Positions 32,335 through 41,889 of a stretch of 64,000 nucleotides of DNA are shown piece by piece (position 1 is the stretch's first letter; each line of letters opens with the position of its first letter). The stretch is from an uncultured Methylomirabilota bacterium (GTDB lineage: Bacteria; Methylomirabilota; Methylomirabilia; Methylomirabilales; 2-02-FULL-66-22). A model generated the notes under the pieces. That model worked only from the letters and a program-made list of their open reading frames with translations, did not search any database and had not been told where the DNA came from. Made by a program: the position numbers and the translations under genes. The stretch is from assembly GCA_963705305.1 (NCBI GenBank), contig OY970067.1:4448001-4512000 (forward strand). Reading direction: 5' to 3'.

Positions 32335-34841
32335 ATGAAGCCAGGGTGTTTTGGGGTCTGGCTGGTGCTGCTCTTTGGCATTGTTCCGGCGGTTAACGCA
32401 TACGATCGACTAAGCCACGAATTGATCACCCAACGGTCGGTCTCCATATCCGTGCTCAATAAAGTACTTGTAGCTCAACTGGGCTTACAGAAGGGGATCG
32501 ATGAGAAGTTCCTAGGGACCATCATCCCTGGACCGCGCAGTGTCCAGCAACTCCTCGGGGATGGGGCTAACAGGGAGGATGTCCCGGATGTGCGCTGTCT
32601 CAACCATTTCCACAATCCGCTCTTGCCATGGGAGGATGCCGGTCTCCGGGTGCTCGGCGGCCAGCGTGGTCAATCCTCCGTTCTCTGGCAGCAGAACACG
32701 GCCCAGGATCCCAGCGGACAGGCGGGTGTGAACGGCGGGCAGTGGGCCTGGCGCGACGCGCGAGCCCGGTACCACACCGCACTCACAGGAATTGCAGAGA
32801 GCGGCGGAACGCAAATCGCGCTGAGCAAAGACCAGGGGACCAGGCGCTCGCCGCAACCTTCGAGACCCTCGGCCATGTGGCGCACCTGGTGCAGGATGCA
32901 ACGGTGCCCGCCCACGTGCGCAACGACGCACATCCCCTTTACGAGGGTTACGAGAGCTGGGTGGAAAAAGTACGGGAGCTCACGCGCACGGTACCATCTC
33001 TCAATGATGTTCCCAAGATCCCGACCATCGAATTCAGCGCCACGGGTCAAAGCCAGGCGCCCTCCCCAATCGCCCGCCTGATCGACGCCAATGTGTACAG
33101 TGGCTCTAATGCACAGGTCCTCGAGAGAATCGGCCTCGGCGCATCTGAGTACACCAATGGCAATTTCTTCAGCGGCGATACCATCTGCAAGGGCTTTCCG
33201 CTCCCCCGTTGTCCCCGGCCCCCGCTCACCGCAATAGAGGAGGGCGTCGGAACCTCCTCTAAACGCAATTACTACTCGAAACAGGGCGAGGGGGAAACAA
33301 TTCACCACTTCGTGGCGGAGGGTACGTTCCGCGAGAAAGTGATCAATCGGACCCTCCTCGAGGCAGCGCCCGGTTACGTGCTGGATGATCGGGTATACGA
33401 GGAGTACGCGACGCACCTTATTCCGCGAGCGGTGGGATACTCCGCCGCCCTCCTCGACTACTTCTTCCGCGCCGGGGAGTTCGATTTCTTCATCGAGCTC
33501 GACGAGAAGGATCCGACCCAGCTCTTGCTCCGGTTCCAGAATCTCTCCCCAAACGAAATGGTCGGAACCTTCACTCTGTATGCGGACACCGAGGACGGGA
33601 CGCGGCATAGTGTGGTGAGCCGCGGACCGGATAAATTGATGACCGTTGGGCAGAACGAGCCGATTCCCTTCCCGATCGACGCCCTGCCCCCTGGGGTCCA
33701 GCAGCTCGTCATGGTGTTCCATGGGACGCACGGGCCCGAGCCGAATGCGGTGGGGGGAGGGGTCAAGGCGTGGGAGATGCCCTTCATCCTTGCGAAGCAG
33801 GAGTTGGCGGAGTTCACGAGCACCACGACCGAGGACCGGGAAAGCGATCCGCTGTATCCCGGTAATCCATGGAAGAGCCGGTATAAGGACCCGGAGAAAC
33901 AGCTGGTCAAAGGCACCTTCGTTACCCCGGGGGACTCCCCGGCGGGCAAATACGTGAAGCGGGTGTGGCTCGATTACGGCGACTACCCAGGGTTCAGCAC
34001 TGTCCTCCGCCTGTTCGACAGCGAGGGCAGCCTGATTCCGTGGAACCCTGTGTCGTACAACGAAAATACCCTCACCGACCAGGCACCGGCCCGGTGGGAG
34101 ATCGAGGTTAACGCCCAGAGCATCTGGAATAGCACCAGACAGTACAACGAGGCCACCCAGCATTGGGACACCATCTCGTGGGTGACCCTCCCGCGCTGGG
34201 TGGTCATCGAGACGGTTGCCGGGACGATACTGAAGAACCCCTTGGTCTGGTGGAAGAGCAGCAGCGTAGGCAGCAGTGCCGGAACGACAGAACTTTCGCA
34301 GAACTGTACTGGCGGGTTTTGGGGTCCCTACTACTGTCTCGGCGGGAGCCTGACAAGCACCGATGTTCACGGGGAGCTCTTCTTCGGCGACGGGGATCTC
34401 CAGGGAAACGATCGTGACCCCTTGACCGGCCAGCCGTACCCCGTCGAGGGAACGGAGCACACAACCGTCCACTTCACGCCGGACGGCTCGGTCATGGGCC
34501 ACGCCGTGGGCACAACAGATAATAAATCTGGGACGTGGCCTCCCACGAAATATTGCGCAGTCTCCGAGGGAGAGTATTCTGCGGAATCCGCACATACCTT
34601 CCAGGCTCAGTCTCTCGACGGAGCGGTATGGGTGAAGGATACTTTCCACTACTCGGAGATGCATGGCCGCTTCAAGATCATCGAGGGACAGAGTTGTGTA
34701 GTCCCCGAACCGACCCCGCCCGACCTCCCGCCCTTCCCGGATGCCGTGACACTCAAGCGCGAGTACCTGCCCGCAGAAATCGCGTTCCTGCAGAAACTCG
34801 GCCTTCCGCCGGGGCCGGACTACACCATCACCCTTAAGTAA
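32335..34841 (+). CDS. Secreted Zn-dependent phospholipase C/P1-S1 nuclease-like protein with a long C-terminal extension (-1 frameshift at G4 32835-32838)
   Basis: Signal peptide ending AVNA, then YDRLSH, EDVPD..NHFHNP, LGHVAHLVQDATVPAH and H....YE; two overlapping ORFs join at KDQG/DQALAATF. Confidence 0.72.
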
Positions 34842-34920
34842 TGGCATGCCAACAAAAATGAACCTTCCTGATCTCCCAGGCGTGGACGTTGCATTGACCC
34901 ATTTACGACTCATCCAGATT

Positions 34921-36000
34921 TGGGGGACGTTGTTGACTCAGTGGAATTCTTTTGACCCGCTTTTTTCGCTCCTAACCAGATAGGAGGGAAAGACAGACGA
35001 TGCCTCGTCAAGCGCGGCTCGATGCCCCCGGTACGTTGCACCACGTCATTCTCCGCGGACTTGAGCGTGGGGCGATAGTCGCCGATGAGGAGGACTGCGC
35101 GGCCTTCCTGGCGCGGCTGGGCGACGTCGCCGCAGCAACCGGGACCACCCTCTACGCCTGGGCCCTCTTGCCCAACCACGCCCACCTACTGCTGCGCAGC
35201 GGCCCGCAGGGCCTCCCGCGGTTTATGCGTCGGCTCCTCACCGGCTATGCCGTCACCTACAATCGTCGCCACAAGCGGATCGGTCATCTCTTCCAAAACC
35301 GCTATAAGTCCATCGTCGTCGAGGAGGACGCCTACTTCCGGGAACTCGTCCGTTATATCCACCTGAATCCTTACCGCGCAAAGCTCGTTCCAGACATCCG
35401 CGCGTTGGCGCAGTACCCCTGGTGTGGCCACCCAGGGATCCTGCGTCATGAGACCCCGCTATGGCACGATCGGACGTACGTGCTGTCCTGGTTTGGACGG
35501 ACGGAGCGCGCAGCGGTCCGTGCCTACCGCGAATTCCTGCGGGATGGGATCGCGCAGGGCCGCCGCCCCGATCTCGTGGGTGGCGGGTTAATCCGCTCGC
35601 GTGGAGGCTGGGCAGAGGTCCGCGCCATCCGCCAGCGGGAAGATCGGGTGCTGGCCGATCCGCGCGTCCTCGGGAGTGGCGCGTTCGTCGAGCGGATGTT
35701 GGCCGCTGGGGATACCCGCCAGCAGTCGTGGCGGGCCCGGAAGCAACAACTGCGGCAGGCCACAGTGAGCATCCGCCAGCACTGCCGGCGCGGCGGGGTC
35801 AGTCCGGCAGAACTCCACGGAGGGAGCCGGCGGAGGCGGGTCGCCGTCGTGCGGACGGTGCTGGCAGTCTACCTTGTGACGGAACTCGGGCTCTCCCTTG
35901 CGGATGCGGCCCGGCAGCTCGGCGTGTCGACCTCGGGGATTTCCAAAGCGGTCGCCAGGGGGGAACAAGCATCTGTCCACTGAGTCAACAACGTCCCCCA
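34921..36000. mobile_element. RAYT-type element bounded by perfect 25-bp inverted repeats
   Basis: TGGGGGACGTTGTTGACTCAGTGGA (34921-34945) and its exact reverse complement (35976-36000). Confidence 0.8.
35000..35983 (+). CDS. REP-associated tyrosine (Y1 HUH) transposase with a C-terminal HTH
   Basis: MPRQAR, HHVILRG, NHAHLL (HUH), GHLFQNRYKS, YIHLNP (catalytic Tyr); C-terminal LSLADAARQLGVSTSGISKAV. Confidence 0.9.
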   Translation: MPRQARLDAPGTLHHVILRGLERGAIVADEEDCAAFLARLGDVAAATGTTLYAWALLPNHAHLLLRSGPQGLPRFMRRLLTGYAVTYNRRHKRIGHLFQNRYKSIVVEEDAYFRELVRYIHLNPYRAKLVPDIRALAQYPWCGHPGILRHETPLWHDRTYVLSWFGRTERAAVRAYREFLRDGIAQGRRPDLVGGGLIRSRGGWAEVRAIRQREDRVLADPRVLGSGAFVERMLAAGDTRQQSWRARKQQLRQATVSIRQHCRRGGVSPAELHGGSRRRRVAVVRTVLAVYLVTELGLSLADAARQLGVSTSGISKAVARGEQASVH

Positions 36001-36231
36001 GAACTGAAGCCCTTCACCGAGTCCGGGGTGATCGATATCCCTTCGGTGCTGCAAGGCGCCTGCAGCCTAGCCGGATTCACGGCCATCCGATCCAACGTCA
36101 CTTGAGGGACATGGTATACGGCGCCAAAAGAGAAGAGAGGGGCCACGCCCAACGACATGGATTGGGACACCGCCCGCGAGGCGTAGCTCCATGCGCTGAC
36201 CATAGAGGCTCGCGGGGAGCGCGAGGGGTGG

Positions 36232-36260
36232 CCGCCCCCTGGGCCACCGCCAGGGGGCGG
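36232..36260. terminator. GC-rich hairpin downstream of ggt (possible terminator)
   Basis: CCGCCCCCTGG-7 nt-CCAGGGGGCGG, no clear U tract. Confidence 0.4.
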
Positions 36261-36292
36261 GTTCTCATTGCTCGAGTAGAACGTTGGCTTCC

Positions 36293-38203
36293 CTACCACC
36301 CCACCGCTTCGCCATCCTTCCGGTGGTCGGAGCCGGCGCGGTAGAAGCCGTTGATGGGGGTCTGGTCGCCCGGGGCCATTCGCGGCGCCGGCTCGTTCGG
36401 GTCGGGCGTGAACATGATTGCCTGGTAGCCGCCCACCGCACCGCCGTTTGTCAACGACACGTCGTGGCCCATGGCGCGCAGGGCTGCCCCCATGGTGGTC
36501 CCGCTCTGCAGGGGAAGGTCGTACAGCTGGGACTCCAGGTACAGCTTGTTCGAGACCTCGTTGTGGTAGAAGCGGGCCATATCGGTCGCCGCCTGCACAT
36601 TCGCGCCGAGGTCCAGCATGTTCACCAGCACCTGGGCATGCCCCTGCGGCTGCATGTCGCCGCCCATCACGCCGAACGTCATCAGCGGCCTGCCGTCCTT
36701 CATCACGAACCCCGCCGAGATGGTGTCGTAGGGCCGCTTGTGCGGCGCGATGGCGTTCGGATGGTCCGGATTCAGGGTGAACTGCGCTCCCCGGCTATTG
36801 AGGACAAAGCCGTATCCGGGGATCGTCACGCCGGTCCCGAACAGTGTGAAGTTGCTGTTGACCCACGACACCATGTTCCCCCACCGATCGGCCGTCGTGA
36901 GATAGATTGTGTCCGCGTCGCGCTTGAGGTTCACCGTGGGGGCCGGGGTAAAGGCGGGGCCGTTCGGCTGAACCTTTTTGCACAGCGTGGCGGCATACTC
37001 TTTTGAGATCAGCTTCTGGAACAGCTGCTGCTGCTTCGCATCCCAGGTCCTCGGGTCGGAGTTGTAGTTATAGAGGTCGATGAAGGCCAGCTTCTTCGCC
37101 TCCACCAGCAGGTGCCAGTACTGGGGATTCGCCGGCCCGAGGTCGGCCAGGGTCTTGCCGGGGATCCAGGTGGGCACGCACACCTCGAGGATGTTCAGGA
37201 TCTCCAGGGTGTTCCAGGCCTGGGACGGGGCCATCGTCTCGTAGATGTCGTATCCATGGTAGGTGGTCGAGGGAGGAGTCACCCATTCGCCGTAATAGTT
37301 TGCGAGATCCTCCAGCGTCATCGTCCCGCCCAGCGCCGCGGACTTGGCCACGATGGCGCTGGCAATCTCCCCCTTGTAGAATGCGTCGCGCCCCCCCTGC
37401 TGGAGCAGGCGGAAGGTCCGGGCCAGATCGCGGTTCCTGAAGATATCTCCGGCCTTCGGGGGTTGGCCGTTCCGGTACCAGGTGTCGACAGAATCCGGAT
37501 CCGGCCGGGTGCAGCCGGCCTGGGGGCTGCAGTCCACGGCGTTGGGAAGGTGCCAGCTATCTGCAATCACCTCCGAAACCGGGAAGCCGTTCTGGGCGTA
37601 GTCAACGGCCGGCTGCAGGACCTCCTTGAAGGTCATGGTGCCGAATTTCCGGAGCGCCTCATCCCACCCCCAGGCCGCACTGGGGACGGGCGCCGACAGG
37701 ATCCCGTACACCGGCATCCCCGACCCATACCCCCAGTTCTTGGGGTCGTACGCATAGCCGAGGCCGTTGTACCGCTGTATTGTCGCGCCGGTGGGCATCA
37801 TGCCGCCGGCATTGAGCTGGTACACCTTCTTCTCTTTGGCGATGTAGAAGATCGCGAAGAGGTCGCCGCCCACGCCGACCATCATCGGCTCGACCACGTT
37901 GAGCGCCGCCGCCGTCGCTACCGCGGCATCGATGGCATTCCCGCCTGCCATGAGAATCCGCAGACCCGCCTGGGCCGCCAGCGCCTGGCTGGCCGAGACC
38001 ACGCCGTGGCGAGCCATCACCTCCGAGCGACCCTGCGCCAGCCACCCGCCGGGCCGGTCCCCCCGGGCGGCCTTGCACCAGAGCGGCGGCGAACTTCCCT
38101 CGCACGGCTTCACCGGCGATTGGGCGAGGCTGACGCTTGACACAAAGAGAAGGGGCGCCAGAACCGCGACATAGAACAGGAACAGCCACGGTTTCCTCAT
38201 CAC
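36293..38203 (-). CDS. ggt: Gamma-glutamyltransferase family protein (exported)
   Basis: GGNAIDAAVA, GGDLFA, FYKGEIA, nucleophile region DTIYLTTADRWGNMVS, FGVMGGDMQPQGH, SDHRKDG. Confidence 0.93.
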   Translation of the reverse strand: MMRKPWLFLFYVAVLAPLLFVSSVSLAQSPVKPCEGSSPPLWCKAARGDRPGGWLAQGRSEVMARHGVVSASQALAAQAGLRILMAGGNAIDAAVATAAALNVVEPMMVGVGGDLFAIFYIAKEKKVYQLNAGGMMPTGATIQRYNGLGYAYDPKNWGYGSGMPVYGILSAPVPSAAWGWDEALRKFGTMTFKEVLQPAVDYAQNGFPVSEVIADSWHLPNAVDCSPQAGCTRPDPDSVDTWYRNGQPPKAGDIFRNRDLARTFRLLQQGGRDAFYKGEIASAIVAKSAALGGTMTLEDLANYYGEWVTPPSTTYHGYDIYETMAPSQAWNTLEILNILEVCVPTWIPGKTLADLGPANPQYWHLLVEAKKLAFIDLYNYNSDPRTWDAKQQQLFQKLISKEYAATLCKKVQPNGPAFTPAPTVNLKRDADTIYLTTADRWGNMVSWVNSNFTLFGTGVTIPGYGFVLNSRGAQFTLNPDHPNAIAPHKRPYDTISAGFVMKDGRPLMTFGVMGGDMQPQGHAQVLVNMLDLGANVQAATDMARFYHNEVSNKLYLESQLYDLPLQSGTTMGAALRAMGHDVSLTNGGAVGGYQAIMFTPDPNEPAPRMAPGDQTPINGFYRAGSDHRKDGEAVGW

Positions 38204-38520
38204 GGCTCTCCTTTCCCTGCCGACCGGAGATCCCGGTCGATCACCAAGACGCTCCCCTCTCCCTTGGAGGCTCCTGGAGGAAAATTCTCCGTCCGGCCCA
38301 GGTGCGAAGTCAACGGCTTAGTCCCTCTGGTATTAAGGACAGGCCCGCAGGGACTTCTGGAGTCATTCCGAGAGGATTGTCTCTCAGTACAATCGCCGAC
38401 CCAAAGCGGGACACACCGACGATCATGCCCAATCGGCCGATGGAGTCGGCACTACGCGAGGGCGCGCTTGGCGCGTCCGTCGGGGGCGTGGGCTCTGATT
38501 CTTCGACTTGCTGAAAAAGT

Positions 38521-38545
38521 CTATTAAGTCTACTACGTCCCCTTT
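38521..38545. repeat. Degenerate copy of the RAYT terminal repeat
   Basis: CTATTAAGTCTACTACGTCCCCTTT versus CCACTGAGTCAACAACGTCCCCCA. Confidence 0.65.
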
Positions 38546-38726
38546 CTTGTCCGTTGCGGATCCTATCCTAGGATGCCAGAATCATCCGGCAGAGGACACG
38601 GCAGCTAGGATCGATCGGACTCGCACGTTGGCGATTCGCGGCACGGGTCGAGACAGCGATCCCCCGGGCCGCCGGCATCGGGCTTCCACTTCTGAGCACT
38701 GGGAGATGTGACACGGAGGGAAGATC

Positions 38727-39461
38727 ATGACTGCGATTACCTCGCGGTACCTCACCTTGCCGGTAGCGGACGGGACCACCATGCGGACCTATCTTTCCCG
38801 GCCCCAGGAGAAGGGGCCGCAGCCCGGCCTGCTGGTGTTTCAGGAAGCCTTCGGGGTCAATGCGCATATCCGGGACGTCACCGACCGGTTCGCCCGGTCG
38901 GGCTATGTGGCACTCGCCTGCGAGCTCTTCCACCGGACGGCCCCGGGATTTGAAGGCGCGTACGGCGAGATCGACAGGGCCCTGGAAAATGTCCGGGCGC
39001 TGACGCAGGCCGGCCTCGAGGCGGATGTCGATGCGGGCTACGCCTGGCTGCAGTCCGAGGCGGGGGCACCCCGGCAGCCGGTCGCGGCTGTCGGTTTTTG
39101 CATGGGCGGCCGGGTGGCCTTCCTGGCCAACGCGCGGCTCCCCCTGGCTGCGGCGGTCTCGTTTTACGGTGGAGGCATTGCGCCCGGATCCCAGGGGCCG
39201 GGGCTGCTGGACCGCACCCCGGACCTCCACGGGGCGATGCTGTTCTTCTGGGGCCTCCGGGACCCCCACATCGGGATCGAGCCCCCCCGCGCGGTAGCGG
39301 ACGCCCTCCGGCAGGCCGGGAAGCCATTTACGACTGTCGAGTTCTCGGAGGCCGATCACGGCTTCTTCTGCGATGCTCGGCCCAGCTACCACCCCGCCGC
39401 GGCCGCGCAGGCCTGGGTGCTCACGAGCGAGTTCCTCCGGCTTTCTCTCCGGCGAGGCTGA
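38727..39461 (+). CDS. Dienelactone hydrolase family protein
   Basis: QEAFGVNAHI, GFCMGG nucleophile, HGFFCD. Confidence 0.92.
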   Translation: MTAITSRYLTLPVADGTTMRTYLSRPQEKGPQPGLLVFQEAFGVNAHIRDVTDRFARSGYVALACELFHRTAPGFEGAYGEIDRALENVRALTQAGLEADVDAGYAWLQSEAGAPRQPVAAVGFCMGGRVAFLANARLPLAAAVSFYGGGIAPGSQGPGLLDRTPDLHGAMLFFWGLRDPHIGIEPPRAVADALRQAGKPFTTVEFSEADHGFFCDARPSYHPAAAAQAWVLTSEFLRLSLRRG

Positions 39462-39523
39462 CGGAGCAACCTCGATAAGGAGGCGGTGGTCCCGGCGTAT
39501 GGATCATCCGCAGGGTGTGGAAG

Positions 39524-39669
39524 AAGGTACCGGACACCTTTCGCGGGCTAAAGGCGTGATTTCCTGGGGGACGGGTTTGCCTTCGTCGCCCGCGCGGTAG
39601 GCCCGGAAGAATAGATTTCGTTTCTCCACAATTTCGCGCACTTGGCGGCTGAAAGGTGTCCGGTACCTT
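39524..39669. repeat. REPIN-like doublet: perfect 19-bp inverted repeats with a 108-bp spacer
   Basis: AAGGTACCGGACACCTTTC (39524-39542) and GAAAGGTGTCCGGTACCTT (39651-39669). Confidence 0.8.
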
Positions 39670-39690
39670 TCGAAGGAAATGGGCGGATTT

Positions 39691-40296
39691 CTATGGGGAG
39701 CGCTGCTGGGGCGCAGTATTCCGGGTGATCGTAACCGCCTCCCACGGGGTATGCGGGTAGCGGCGCGATGGCCCCCCCGGTACTGAATACCAATAGTCGA
39801 GTTTCACGCGATAGCCGACATCCGTTGATATATAGTCGGTCCAGATGCTGTGGTAGGGGCCGTTCGTCTGCCGCTCGTCGTAAACCACCACATAGACAGG
39901 AAAGGTTCCCGCCGGCACCGTGATGTCCTTCCTTTCGGTGACGGTATACGTGGAGGCCCACGCGTAGTTCCCGCTTTCCGCCGAAAACCGAACGACCTTG
40001 CCCACTTCGAGGGGCCATAGCTTGGCGATTTCGTCCTTGGCGGCGTTATAACACATGCTGCCTACCCCTGTGACCAAACCGAAGTATCCGATATCGTGTG
40101 GCGGCCGCCCGGGCGCGGACAACGTCACCCAGCAGTACAAGCCATCGCCCCCCTTGATGGTATGGGTCTCATTTATCGAGGTGACGATGACCGTCCCCGG
40201 CGCCGGGCACGCGCCGGGCGCCCTTTCCGCGGCGAGCGCCGGTGGGACGAGGCACTGGAACAGCACGACAACTCCCAGGAGCGTGCGGATGGACAT
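39691..40296 (-). CDS. Hypothetical exported protein (ITVPAGTF motif)
   Basis: Signal peptide ...PPALA; LWPLEVGK and TVPAGTF..Y motifs of a DUF3108-like beta-sheet fold; RBS GAGGAGG. Confidence 0.65.
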   Translation of the reverse strand: MSIRTLLGVVVLFQCLVPPALAAERAPGACPAPGTVIVTSINETHTIKGGDGLYCWVTLSAPGRPPHDIGYFGLVTGVGSMCYNAAKDEIAKLWPLEVGKVVRFSAESGNYAWASTYTVTERKDITVPAGTFPVYVVVYDERQTNGPYHSIWTDYISTDVGYRVKLDYWYSVPGGPSRRYPHTPWEAVTITRNTAPQQRSP

Positions 40297-40497
40297 CGGT
40301 CCTTTCCTCCTCAGATGAAGGAAGCGTCGGGCCACTGCCGCCATCGCTTTTGGAGGCCAATTCCAGGCCGAGATACACTATTGGGTGAAGCGGAGATGCC
40401 TGTCAAGAGGAAAGGCGCGGCGGTCGACCGCACCTGAGCCAGGGCCAAGGGGCGCTCACTGGTCCGCGCGACAAGGGCCCGCGCCGGCGAGCGGGGG

Positions 40498-40732
40498 TTA
40501 CCCTTTCACCTTCAGGCGGGACTCGTTCTCGGCGATGAAGGCCCTGATCTCATCCGCCATCGCCAGCAGGCGGAGCCACTGCTCCTTGTAGAGGGTGACG
40601 GGGAAGCGGCCCAGGCCGTACACCGATACGGCCCCCTTCTCGCTGACCTTGAGCCGCGCGGCGCCGGTTGCCCTGGCCTTGAGCGCCTCGTTCTCTGCCC
40701 GCAGCCGCGCCAGCTCCGTAGCCACATCCTGC

Positions 40733-40740
<8 letters not shown>
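40498..40740 (-). CDS. Small hypothetical protein (coiled coil plus KVSEKGAVSVYGLGRFPVTLY)
   Basis: 80-aa ORF with strong RBS, overlapping the prfB stop; host-like codon usage. Confidence 0.8.
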
Positions 40741-41873
<1,133 letters not shown>

Positions 41874-41889
41874 CGCCGCCTCCTCGTCC

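Noticed and set aside
38204..38520. Possible riboswitch upstream of ggt
   Set aside because: I could not match glycine, SAM, c-di-GMP or c-di-AMP consensus elements on the coding strand, and there is no clear expression platform.
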